Virus record (IMG/VR): IMGVR_UViG_3300020428_001187
Coordinates: 4,245-68,244 of that record
Strand: one strand, 5' to 3'
Source of the DNA: a virus
Length of the DNA stretch: 64,000 nucleotides
The translations under genes were made by a program, and so were the position numbers. The notes beneath the pieces were generated by a model. That model searched no databases, was not told where the DNA came from, and saw only the letters and a list, made by a program, of their open reading frames with translations. Positions within the stretch are counted from its first letter, which is position 1; the number at the start of each line of letters is the position of its first letter. Shown here piece after piece: positions 38,387 through 47,344 of this stretch.

Positions 38387-39118
38387 CTACTTGCTTTGTG
38401 CAGGTAAAATATAATTATATGTTGCCATACCTGAATCAACAGTAATTTGCATAGCACCTTGATCTGAAATCTTCATTGTAAGTTTACCATCAAGTCCAAG
38501 TATCGATTGTACCTGTGCTACTGGCCAACTCCAACTATGTTTAAGTTCACCTGTAATACCTTTAGCAAAGTCAAATGATCCTGCGTGTGTGCTATGATCA
38601 CCAAAGTAAAATACAAGATTGTTATTTTCAGTTTTTACTGTAAACACAGTTTCTTCTGTGTGTGCCGCACTTTGCAATTTCATTCTTTGAATACTTGCCA
38701 TGCTTGGCTCTAGTTCTACTTCCCAACTAGCACCTTTAAACTTAACACTCTTAAGTTTTTCATTAATGATTTCTTGATTCATAAATCTGTAATCATTCTG
38801 GAAGTCACCACTTTCATTTTCAAAGTGAATATGTGTAGGAACTTCAGCACCATTTCTAGTTGCTTTCTCTACAGAAAGTTTTGCGTTCTTCTGATACTCT
38901 GGATTCTTTAAGTGTAATGCTAACTTGTCTAAGTTAGGCATACCAAATGTTGCCGCAAACTCTGTTACAGGATTTTTAGTATCAGCAGTTAGAATAACAC
39001 TTCTGTCTTCTGCCATACTTTCGATTTGTGTATTTGCGTCATCTCCTGTAACCTTCACTAGATTCAAAAAACCTAGAGAATGTGTATGTGCAACTACATC
39101 TTGTAAGATATCTTTCAT
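38387..39118 (-). CDS. Sliding clamp (gp45/PCNA-like)
   Basis: 243 aa, C-terminal ISDQGAMQI...YNYILPA; near polB. Confidence 0.75.
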   Translation of the reverse strand: MKDILQDVVAHTHSLGFLNLVKVTGDDANTQIESMAEDRSVILTADTKNPVTEFAATFGMPNLDKLALHLKNPEYQKNAKLSVEKATRNGAEVPTHIHFENESGDFQNDYRFMNQEIINEKLKSVKFKGASWEVELEPSMASIQRMKLQSAAHTEETVFTVKTENNNLVFYFGDHSTHAGSFDFAKGITGELKHSWSWPVAQVQSILGLDGKLTMKISDQGAMQITVDSGMATYNYILPAQSK

Positions 39119-39141
39119 TTACTTTTCTCCTTTGATCTTAT

Positions 39142-39170
39142 ATTGTACATAACTTTAATCATAAAGTCAA
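39142..39170 (-). promoter_or_regulatory. Sigma70-type promoter TTGACT-N17-TACAAT
   Basis: Near-consensus, directly upstream of the clamp-DpdA run. Confidence 0.65.
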
Positions 39171-39890
39171 GTCCTTTTGCGACTTTAGGTACTCAAATAA
39201 TTTGATTTTAGGTGACCATCCAAAGTCTGTTAATTTCGAAATGTCAGCTTTATTGCATAACCTTTCGTTCTCACCACCGATTCTTTCTTCAACTTTTAAA
39301 TCGAAAAAATCCGTAATCTCTTTTAGGGGTGTGCTTATACCCGTTCCAATATCATATACACCAGGTGCTTCACGATTCATAAGAAACGTAATGGCACTAC
39401 AAACATCATCTATATGGATAAAGTCTCGTTTATGATTAGTATGAATATACTCTATTTGGTTTCGTAGTAAACGAGGTACGAACATATTGGGCCTTTGCTG
39501 ACTGTTACTGTATATAGTGCAAAAACGTAGTCCCGTACTTGTATGTGGTGCAAGTTTTTCTAATGTGTATTTTGTCATCGCATAAGGATTTCTATCTGGT
39601 TCTTTTGCAGTACTAGAACTTGCATACATAATCCTTGTGCCTTTAAAATGATCAAATAATCTTTTTGTTGCTATAACATTGTTCTCCCAATATAGTTCAG
39701 GGTGGTCTAAACTCTTACCTATACCGCTTTCACCTGCTAGATGAATTACTAGATCAACATCATAGTTTAAATCACAGGTAAGTAAGTCTTTGCCATCAGC
39801 TCTATCAATACATTGTACCTGATGAGCCGTCAATTTTTTGACAAGGTGGCTTCCTAAAAATCCCTTACTTCCTGTTAATAATATCTTCAT
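39159..39890 (-). CDS. NAD-dependent nucleotide-sugar epimerase/dehydratase
   Basis: TGSKGFLG, IHLAG, YASS, YAMTK, RDFIHIDD. Confidence 0.9.
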   Translation of the reverse strand: MKILLTGSKGFLGSHLVKKLTAHQVQCIDRADGKDLLTCDLNYDVDLVIHLAGESGIGKSLDHPELYWENNVIATKRLFDHFKGTRIMYASSSTAKEPDRNPYAMTKYTLEKLAPHTSTGLRFCTIYSNSQQRPNMFVPRLLRNQIEYIHTNHKRDFIHIDDVCSAITFLMNREAPGVYDIGTGISTPLKEITDFFDLKVEERIGGENERLCNKADISKLTDFGWSPKIKLFEYLKSQKDLTL

Positions 39891-40051
39891 CTTCCTAAAA
39901 ACTTTTTCACCCCTTCGATTGGATTGCGTAAACCTTCATATGTATTGTCAATAAAGTCAATATGTTTGTCTAATTTCTTAGTTAACTTATCAAACTTCTT
40001 TTCAATCCTTTCGAGTCTTTTTTCTATTTCAATTAGTTTCTCTTCAATCAT
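39887..40051 (-). CDS. 54-aa coiled-coil protein (absent from ORF track)
   Basis: MIEEKLIEIEKRLERIEKK...HIDFIDNTYEGLRNP; ATGA overlaps at both ends. Confidence 0.6.
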   Translation of the reverse strand: MIEEKLIEIEKRLERIEKKFDKLTKKLDKHIDFIDNTYEGLRNPIEGVKKFLGR

Positions 40052-40590
40052 TTTTTAACTCCAAAGTGTTTAAATGTAGACTGTATACATTTTGCTTGGT
40101 AGTAACAGTCAGCCAATGCATTGTGCATTTCTTCTTGAATAGCTTTACGTGGATCACTTGGCATCATACTAAACACAGTTCTACTATCTCTAATTTGCCA
40201 GAAGTTCCACGGACAAGGTTTTTTAACATTCTTATATAAATTTTGTAATATAGCATAATCAAACAATGGACCTTGGCACCATAACTGATCAATACCCACA
40301 CAGAACTTATTTAGAGCTTTTGTAAGTTGATCCATGTTTACACGATCCTCGTGTTCACCAAATGCTTCGTCCTGAATGTTCTTTGGTTGTTTGGTCCACC
40401 ATTCCATTGTATTGTCATCTATAGTTCTACCTAGTTCTTCTGATTGTTCTTCGATGTCGCAACGTAGATACAATCCACTATGGGGTTCAACATCAGTATA
40501 AGGATCAAACTTAATTGCTCCTACAGTGATGATAACACTATCTGGCTCAACGCCTAGTGTTTCTAAATCTATCATTCCATGTACTGCCAT
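40048..40590 (-). CDS. DEDDh 3'-5' exonuclease (DexA-like)
   Basis: MIDLETL, FD..IL, RDSRT, HNALADC. Confidence 0.85.
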   Translation of the reverse strand: MAVHGMIDLETLGVEPDSVIITVGAIKFDPYTDVEPHSGLYLRCDIEEQSEELGRTIDDNTMEWWTKQPKNIQDEAFGEHEDRVNMDQLTKALNKFCVGIDQLWCQGPLFDYAILQNLYKNVKKPCPWNFWQIRDSRTVFSMMPSDPRKAIQEEMHNALADCYYQAKCIQSTFKHFGVKK

Positions 40591-43265
40591 TATTCTGCAC
40601 CTCCAAAGTCAAATAGGTTATTAAATGTGTTCTTTTGTAGTGTACTTGCAATATCATAATTAAGTACACCAATTAGATTATCTAGCTTGTTGTCAATGAT
40701 AGTTGACTCCATAGCATCTCCATCAAATGGCAATTCTTTAAACCATTCAGGAATACGTAATTCATCTGTAGGATAAGCAACACTAGTATAACCTAATGGA
40801 TTTTGTTTTAGTTTACAAACAATAACTTTCATACCATCAACAATCTCTTGTGAATACTTGTCATTGTTCATACGTTTAAGTGTGTTCCAATTAATACTTG
40901 CTCGAACGTGTCCGGGCATATTTGCTTTACCTTCACGTTGTTCCTTACGTTGATAATCACCAATTCTATTTGCACGTTTAGGTGAACCTTTCTCATAACC
41001 AGGACGTAGTTTAAACTCTGTTCTAAATTCGCTAATACGTTCTAAGATATCTTTTTCACTTGCTTCTTGTAGCACCATCATTAGCAGTTCACTTAAGAAG
41101 TCTTGCATAAACACAGGAGTATCAGAACGTTTAAGATCCAAGCCCATGGCTTTTACTTTACCTGGCTTGCCATCTACATCTGTACGTTGTCCTTCGTTGT
41201 CATATATCAAGGCCGCATATCTTTTCTTTGTAATGTACAATCCGCTTTCAGCAACAATCTCTCTACCCGCCGCGATAACGTCCGACCGACTTTTTGGACA
41301 ATGGAATGCCTCCATCATAAACTTACCAAATGTTTTGTTTGCTTCTTCGCATACTTGATCATAAAGTTTTATAACACTATCCTTTGTCCAAGGAATCTTG
41401 CCTTCTTCTATTTCTTTTTTCAATATCGGAAATGCACTAAAATAAACGGAGTCAGTATCACCATATATAATGCTGTCTCCTACGTGATCATATTTGCCTG
41501 TAATAACTTTATTAACTTCGGCGCTCATGTGCTTTGCAATAGCTCTACCTGTAAGTGTTGTTGATTGACCAATACGTTTATCAAAGAATCTACAACCTGG
41601 ATTAAGTATTGCACCATATAAACTATTTAGGTTAATCTTCTTAACTAGCTGACGTTTATCCCAAAACGCAATTTCTGTTTTATTACCTGCATCAATGGCT
41701 TTTCCTTTCATAGCCTGTAGCTCTTTACGTTCGCTATACCAACGTTTCAATAGTCCTGGAATAACACCATCAAATTCATTTGTAAGGATAGTACCATTAG
41801 CAGTAAGCATCCATGGTTGATTGCTATTATAAATTAGTTTGTATACTTCTGCACCACTTAATATTTCACTTTCGCCATTCTCAAAGTCAACAGTAAGACT
41901 AACATCTTTCTTCTTCTCCATGACAGCTTCATATTCTATTGTGCCGAACTTACCTTCCCATGCACCTGCAAATGACTTCTTCTGTAATGTCATTTGATCA
42001 TCTACAAATGCCTGTGTTAGTTCGGGACGTAGTTGTCCAACAATAGTTGCTGGATCCATATTCAATGCTCTAATAACAGATGGATACAGTGAATTCAAGT
42101 CCATTGATCCTATCCATTTGTGTAAACCTTTTTTAGGAAATGCCACATAGGCACCTGCCGCCGCAGTATTTTCCTCATCACGTTTAGGCCTGTTAGGAAC
42201 CTGTAGTCCTCTGTGATGTGCTTCATTAATAATTGCTTGTTCTGTAACTGCTACTGCACCCATTGTGGTCTGTAGCAAAACAGTATTTGCATGAGCTAGT
42301 TCATTACTAAGATCGATAAACCTTAGTTTTTTGTCCAGCTTGTCCAGTAGTGCAACGTCTTGTCTGTTGTACTCAATGAATGTCTTGAAGTCATTGTTAT
42401 AAAGTTGATCGAGTGTACCTTCGTAAACAGTTTTGTTTTCACCGATCTCAAGTTCGCCAATAGCGTCAAGTCTGTAAGTGTGTCGTTCTTCATATGTGTA
42501 TTTACGATATAATTCTAAACTATCTAAATGCACTCTACCTATTAGGTCATAGGTTTCAGCTTTCTTACCATACTTCTCATACTCACGTTTCTTAGGAAGT
42601 TGTTTCCATAAACAGAAACGTCTAGTATCATCTTTACTTAAAACTCTTGAAACACGGTTAACTGTATAAGGAATATCATAACCTTCACTGTTCCAACCTG
42701 TTAGTATGTCTGCGTCTTGTATGATATCAAGAAATGCTTCTAGCATATCTCCTTCTTTTTCATACAAGTATGTGTTAGGGAATTCTTCTACTTCTTTCTT
42801 TGCCTGTTCCATTGTTAAGCCCTTGGGCGGAAGTGCAAATGTTACAAGACTATCTAGCCATTGTAAGTGTACTGTGATTGCAGTAATTGGCATGAAAGGA
42901 TCACTAGGATCAGCAAATCCTCTTTCAGGATCAAAGTCTGTCTCAATATCAAAAAAGCAAACATTTAGTTTAGGAGCATCAACATTTAAGTATTGTTCAC
43001 TTAAACATTGGAATATTGGATTTACATCACTTTCAAATAATTCTTTGTTTTGATTGATTGCAAGTTCTTTGCGAAACTGTTTTGTATTTCTAGCAACAAT
43101 CCTACTTAATGGATCGCCATAGATACTTTTGTATTTGCCTCTGGCATCTTTATAAAAGAATGTATATTTGACCGGGTATTCTGTAAAATGTCTCTTTCCG
43201 TCTTTTCGTTCTACTACACGGATAACATCTTGGTCTCTATCGAATTGTGCGTCTACGTAACTCAT
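40590..43265 (-). CDS. Family B DNA polymerase (gp43-like)
   Basis: FDIET exonuclease, DLNSLYPS, KINLNSLYG, YGDTDS, KKRY. Confidence 0.97.
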   Translation of the reverse strand: MSYVDAQFDRDQDVIRVVERKDGKRHFTEYPVKYTFFYKDARGKYKSIYGDPLSRIVARNTKQFRKELAINQNKELFESDVNPIFQCLSEQYLNVDAPKLNVCFFDIETDFDPERGFADPSDPFMPITAITVHLQWLDSLVTFALPPKGLTMEQAKKEVEEFPNTYLYEKEGDMLEAFLDIIQDADILTGWNSEGYDIPYTVNRVSRVLSKDDTRRFCLWKQLPKKREYEKYGKKAETYDLIGRVHLDSLELYRKYTYEERHTYRLDAIGELEIGENKTVYEGTLDQLYNNDFKTFIEYNRQDVALLDKLDKKLRFIDLSNELAHANTVLLQTTMGAVAVTEQAIINEAHHRGLQVPNRPKRDEENTAAAGAYVAFPKKGLHKWIGSMDLNSLYPSVIRALNMDPATIVGQLRPELTQAFVDDQMTLQKKSFAGAWEGKFGTIEYEAVMEKKKDVSLTVDFENGESEILSGAEVYKLIYNSNQPWMLTANGTILTNEFDGVIPGLLKRWYSERKELQAMKGKAIDAGNKTEIAFWDKRQLVKKINLNSLYGAILNPGCRFFDKRIGQSTTLTGRAIAKHMSAEVNKVITGKYDHVGDSIIYGDTDSVYFSAFPILKKEIEEGKIPWTKDSVIKLYDQVCEEANKTFGKFMMEAFHCPKSRSDVIAAGREIVAESGLYITKKRYAALIYDNEGQRTDVDGKPGKVKAMGLDLKRSDTPVFMQDFLSELLMMVLQEASEKDILERISEFRTEFKLRPGYEKGSPKRANRIGDYQRKEQREGKANMPGHVRASINWNTLKRMNNDKYSQEIVDGMKVIVCKLKQNPLGYTSVAYPTDELRIPEWFKELPFDGDAMESTIIDNKLDNLIGVLNYDIASTLQKNTFNNLFDFGGAE

Positions 43266-43278
43266 CTTTTCTCCTGTA

Positions 43279-43325
43279 TGTCATTTGAGGCTGACAAATA
43301 CCAAATAAGTCGCTTATGGCCGACT
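43279..43325 (-). promoter_or_regulatory. Tandem stem-loops in the polB leader (candidate translational operator)
   Basis: AGUCG-GCCAUAAG-CGACU and UGUCA-GCCUCAAA-UGACA immediately 5' of AGGAG. Confidence 0.55.
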
Positions 43326-43334
43326 GTGCCTTCT

Positions 43335-43592
43335 TCATAGTGTTGCTAATATTATACCTGAAATCCCAACTAATGTCAAGACCCCATTTGTTATTATCAA
43401 CGCCGGTTCTTTCCACATAAATGAAACTATTAACCAAACTGCTCCACCTAGTGCTAGTAAGCCTGGTCCTATTGGATATAACTCAGGAAATCCTGCGTTA
43501 ATAAAAGTTCCAATTATTAGTATTAATGTTGCTACCCATTTTAGTATAACATCAATCTTCAATGCCTTGTTGTTTAAAATATTCTCTATCAT
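43335..43592 (-). CDS. Small 3-TM membrane protein
   Basis: LKWVAT...W...WKEPALI..N; hydrophobic. Confidence 0.65.
   Translation of the reverse strand: MIENILNNKALKIDVILKWVATLILIIGTFINAGFPELYPIGPGLLALGGAVWLIVSFMWKEPALIITNGVLTLVGISGIILATL
43351..43379 (-). promoter_or_regulatory. Sigma70-type promoter TTGACA-N17-TATAAT for polB
   Basis: Perfect consensus inside the 3' end of the upstream ORF. Confidence 0.8.
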
Positions 43593-43863
43593 TTATTGCC
43601 TTATCGTCTATCCAAATATCGTATACTTGTTTGCCTGTTTTTATTGTTGTGGCTCTTACACCCCAATTCATTAATTGTCTTACGGTAAATTCCTGCCAAT
43701 CTGTGCCTGAATTACCGCCCCTTGCAGTATAGTAATGTATCTCATTACCTGCGTCATATAGCCCGTTTAGGTGCTCTATGCGGTCTCTACGTGGCTGACT
43801 TTCCTCATAGTTACTGTTTACAGTATAACAGATAGTTCCGTCTATGTCAACCATATATTTCAT
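43552..43863 (-). CDS. HAD-family (capsule-phosphatase-like) protein
   Basis: VDIDGTI, YTARG, WIDDKA. Confidence 0.8.
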   Translation of the reverse strand: MKYMVDIDGTICYTVNSNYEESQPRRDRIEHLNGLYDAGNEIHYYTARGGNSGTDWQEFTVRQLMNWGVRATTIKTGKQVYDIWIDDKAINDREYFKQQGIED

Positions 43864-44132
43864 AAAAATAACTTCCAAAGTGCTATGGTATTCATAGTAG
43901 TAAACCATGCGGTTAAAACCATAACCCATGCTGAACTTCTATAATATGCTCCAAAGAATCCTGTAACACTTCCAATCCAATAAAATGGAATGAATATGTC
44001 TGGCCTTGGTGCAAGAACTGTATAGGTAAGAATACCACTACCTATAATCACCGTAATAGCACTGACCATTTCAAGGTAAAATGCTGTTGGGTGCGACTCG
44101 TAGCTTTTTCTAAAAAATGACGAGATACTCAC
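43860..44132 (-). CDS. Small 3-TM membrane protein
   Basis: Three hydrophobic segments; GTG start. Confidence 0.6.
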   Translation of the reverse strand: MSISSFFRKSYESHPTAFYLEMVSAITVIIGSGILTYTVLAPRPDIFIPFYWIGSVTGFFGAYYRSSAWVMVLTAWFTTMNTIALWKLFL

Positions 44133-44392
44133 TACTTGTCTTTGCCTACAGTAACAACCAAAGTTTCTAGGTCGTCAAATGCATCTGCAACTTTATGCCA
44201 GTCACCTTTGTGTGCAATCTTAATTGCCTTGTTAATGGTTGCTGGTTTGATGTTCAGTTCTTCTGCTACTGCTTTTACAGTATCCTTAAGACCTGTATTT
44301 AGGTCCTCAACCTCTTGCATCACTTGAGCACCTTCGTTTACAAGACGTTCTAGCTTTTGCTTTTCGTCCTGTCCATATACTCTATCACTCAT
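44132..44392 (-). CDS. Small dsDNA-binding protein (T4 DsbA-like)
   Basis: Helical LKDTVKAVAEEL.IKP..INKAIKIAHK pattern. Confidence 0.5.
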   Translation of the reverse strand: MSDRVYGQDEKQKLERLVNEGAQVMQEVEDLNTGLKDTVKAVAEELNIKPATINKAIKIAHKGDWHKVADAFDDLETLVVTVGKDK

Positions 44393-44422
44393 TATATTCT
44401 CCTTAAATTATAAGTTTGTTTA

Positions 44423-44968
44423 TTATACACTCTTAGCCTGTGGTCTGTCAATAGTTAAATTACCTGCAATGACAACTCTTTCTTTTTCATTTACTTGTGG
44501 TGGCACACTATGAGTTACCCAACCTGGGAATACTATCATAAGTCCTGAATTTGGATATATTGCATTACCACTCGTTGGAAAGACCAACGGAGCATCTTCA
44601 GGTGTCGCATCTACATAATAAACGAAACTCCAAATTGCTGGGTGGTGTGCATGAGGGTTACAACTTTCTCCCTTTTTATATACGGCTCCCCAACAATCAG
44701 TAATTGAATATGTACCTAACTCTTTATGTACCAATCCTCCTTTAACAACATCAATTGCAAAATCGATTATCTTTGCAAAGTCAGGATCTTCAAACATAGT
44801 CCATTTAGTCATGTCGGCTTGGACATTAGTTTTTCTAAATTGCTGATCACCTTCAGCTCTAATTTTTTGATCTAGAATTGGATTAAGTGTTTCAAACTCT
44901 GGATAAACCATTGTAAAAACATCTGCTTGTTCTTTGAATTCTAAACTCTGTACGTTAGGTTCTAACAT
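44423..44968 (-). CDS. TIGR02466-like 2OG/Fe(II) oxygenase
   Basis: WG..Y, HAH, SFVYYV, FPGWVTH, RVVIAGN; ATTAAATA-N5-ATG upstream. Confidence 0.85.
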   Translation of the reverse strand: MLEPNVQSLEFKEQADVFTMVYPEFETLNPILDQKIRAEGDQQFRKTNVQADMTKWTMFEDPDFAKIIDFAIDVVKGGLVHKELGTYSITDCWGAVYKKGESCNPHAHHPAIWSFVYYVDATPEDAPLVFPTSGNAIYPNSGLMIVFPGWVTHSVPPQVNEKERVVIAGNLTIDRPQAKSV

Positions 44969-44985
44969 ACAACTATTTAATCTTA

Positions 44986-45180
44986 TTAAGTTTTGGTAGT
45001 ATTTAAGGTGGCTTTGTAGGCTTCTTCGAACCCTTCTAGATATATGTATGCTTCTTCGTTATACCAAACTCGTTTGAAATAACTATCATAACAATCTAAT
45101 ATACATGATTCGGTTGCGTTGAAATGTCCTTTGACTATCCAAAAAACTCGGTAAGCATCTTTACGTTTTGCTTGATCCAA
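44986..45180 (-). CDS. Small hypothetical protein
   Basis: ORF tiling. Confidence 0.5.
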   Translation of the reverse strand: MDQAKRKDAYRVFWIVKGHFNATESCILDCYDSYFKRVWYNEEAYIYLEGFEEAYKATLNTTKT

Positions 45181-45823
45181 TCTCTTCCTCGTCCTTTGAT
45201 TTATATTGCCACTCGTCAGTATGTCCGACGGACCACTTTGGATTATTTTCTACTGTATAATTTTGTGTACATACTTTGAAGTCTGGCATTTTACGATCAC
45301 CGATCACAAGACTTTGGTCTGTGAATATAACTCTGTTGTTTGGCTGTGCGGCAAACTGACCATTGTTCATTTTAATAAAATTAAATGATTTGTGTTCCGG
45401 ATCGTGTTCTGAAAAATTAACATTAAGAGTTGAATGTTGTGAATGACACGTGTCGAGTGTAAACATATACTCGCCCTTGTGCATCTTTTTATCCTTGCCA
45501 AAGAACTCACAGTCTGCTAACATAGGTTTTTTAATTACTGTAATATCATAATCAAAACAATCCCATATCTGTAACGTATCTAGTGGTAATTGGTCTTCTG
45601 GATTAATGTCTGTTTTCCAGACAAATGCTGACAAAGGAAGTTTATCATATAAAGCACCATACTCTGTTAGTAATGTTTCAACATACAAAGCCTTGCCCAT
45701 TATACTTCTAATTGAAATCCATATTCCAGGAGTAAACTCTCCGTGACCTTTTTGCAGATCATATAGGTATTCTTTTTTAACGAATACTTCGACGGGTGGT
45801 ATGTTATGGACTAGAAAGGCCAT
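45161..45823 (-). CDS. Hypothetical phage protein
   Basis: GAGGAG SD; late motif at 45853-45860; WDCF, GQFAAQPNNR. Confidence 0.7.
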   Translation of the reverse strand: MAFLVHNIPPVEVFVKKEYLYDLQKGHGEFTPGIWISIRSIMGKALYVETLLTEYGALYDKLPLSAFVWKTDINPEDQLPLDTLQIWDCFDYDITVIKKPMLADCEFFGKDKKMHKGEYMFTLDTCHSQHSTLNVNFSEHDPEHKSFNFIKMNNGQFAAQPNNRVIFTDQSLVIGDRKMPDFKVCTQNYTVENNPKWSVGHTDEWQYKSKDEEEIGSSKT

Positions 45824-45860
45824 AGAACTCCTCGTTATGTTAATTTATAATGTATTTATG

Positions 45861-46304
45861 CTAGGCTTGGATTGCCTTGCCTTTTTGTAGGGCAACGACG
45901 AAATTTCTGTAACCTGTTTTGCTATCAAGCATATTCTTACCATCTGACCATTTAGTACCGTCAAATGTCCAAGTAACTTTGCCATCACTATATGCTGATC
46001 CAGGTTTTACGTCTTCTTGTCTTGGTAGTTTTTGTGCAGGCTCCGGAGTAGGCGCCGGTGCTTTTGTATTCTTTTCTGGTGCTTTAGCATTATCTTTGCT
46101 ACTAGAACTGGAAGGTTTGTCCTTGCCAAGTCCGACTAAATTACGTAGTCTATCACCACCTGTTGGTTTCTGTATGTTTGATAACTTATTATCACCGCCG
46201 AATGTTTTGACCAGCTTATCAGAAAAGTCAGTACCATAGTCCGCAACGCCTTTATAAACGCCTTTTGGATCTGGTTTTTCTGGAAGGAAGTCTTTGGCTC
46301 TCAT
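45861..46304 (-). CDS. Putative internal head protein
   Basis: N-terminus MRAKDFLPE resembles a capsid-targeting peptide. Confidence 0.5.
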   Translation of the reverse strand: MRAKDFLPEKPDPKGVYKGVADYGTDFSDKLVKTFGGDNKLSNIQKPTGGDRLRNLVGLGKDKPSSSSSKDNAKAPEKNTKAPAPTPEPAQKLPRQEDVKPGSAYSDGKVTWTFDGTKWSDGKNMLDSKTGYRNFVVALQKGKAIQA

Positions 46305-46308
46305 TGAA

Positions 46309-47331
46309 CTACATCTTTACGCAGTTATCAACAGTCTTGCCACCCTTTTTCTTAGTACCCATACGTTTGTAACCTTTCCAGCATACTTTGCCGTCAACGC
46401 CTTTTTGTTTTTCGTATACATACTCGCCTTGTTCTTTTGCAAGTTTATCTGCTAGGGACTCTTTATAACCGTCTTTCTTTTTAGCAATAGCAATAGCCGC
46501 CTGTTGTTTAGGATTCTTTGCTTTGCCTTCACTTACTGGATCACAACCACAGTCGTCATCACATTTACTATGACTTTCGTGTGTGTCACAACCACAGTTT
46601 GCACTTTCACTTACTTCTTCGAACTTTTGTTCGTAGTCCATATTGTGATATACTGCACCCATATAGTCTGCGGCTTTAGTAATTTTAGATTGTACCCAAC
46701 CCTCTAAGCCTTCTTGCTCAGATACATTCTTTAACATCTCATGCATCTTGATTGAGTATTTTGCAATTTTGTATAGCTGAGCACGTGCCATTTGCACTTC
46801 GTGATCTTGCTCGACCTTGCTGGCCATATCCGCTAAATTTTCAACTAATTCTTTATCTTTGTTCATTGTAAGTTCCTTACTATTATTTAGCCGTTTCATT
46901 GGTTGACCGAATAGTCCATGGCTCTTGTTATCTAGTGCGTTATCTGTTGGTTTTTGTGTCTTAGGCTTCTTTTTGCTGTTTGCTATGTGTGGATTAGCCA
47001 CTGTTGCTATATTACCGGCACTTGTTGCACCAGGTGTAGCAGTTTCATCTACTTTAGGATCGTTGCAATTACAATGCGGACAAGTTGGTTTACATTCACA
47101 GTCTTCACGTTTTACATCTGCTCCACAACACTTGGGCGAACAATGTGTGTCTTTTTCAGATTCATTAATATCGTATGCATCTTTTCCCTTGTGCTTGTCT
47201 TTGCGTGGAATATCTTTAGTTTTGTCACCATGGCTACCTGCGGCTCCACTTTTACGTAAGCTCTGCATAGCCTGGAAATTAGGATCTCTTGGCTTGTTAA
47301 CTTTAGGTTTTTTAACTTCTCTTATACGCAT
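46309..47331 (-). CDS. Modular putative internal head (poly)protein
   Basis: Basic and Cys-rich modules separated by INE/VDE/LVE/VSE/VYE; C-terminal CWKGY...NCVK. Confidence 0.6.
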   Translation of the reverse strand: MRIREVKKPKVNKPRDPNFQAMQSLRKSGAAGSHGDKTKDIPRKDKHKGKDAYDINESEKDTHCSPKCCGADVKREDCECKPTCPHCNCNDPKVDETATPGATSAGNIATVANPHIANSKKKPKTQKPTDNALDNKSHGLFGQPMKRLNNSKELTMNKDKELVENLADMASKVEQDHEVQMARAQLYKIAKYSIKMHEMLKNVSEQEGLEGWVQSKITKAADYMGAVYHNMDYEQKFEEVSESANCGCDTHESHSKCDDDCGCDPVSEGKAKNPKQQAAIAIAKKKDGYKESLADKLAKEQGEYVYEKQKGVDGKVCWKGYKRMGTKKKGGKTVDNCVKM

Positions 47332-47336
47332 AGCAG

Positions 47337-47344
47337 TATTTATC
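47337..47344 (-). promoter_or_regulatory. Late promoter GATAAATA, leaderless arrangement
   Basis: GATAAATA-CTGCT-ATG(47331). Confidence 0.65.

Noticed and set aside
40590-43265. Intein or intron in the DNA polymerase
   Set aside because: Continuous 891-aa ORF with normally ordered motifs; no splice-junction or homing-endonuclease signature
43237-43437. 66-aa ORF upstream of polB
   Set aside because: Overlaps a better membrane-protein gene, the promoter and the hairpin leader; better explained as regulatory sequence
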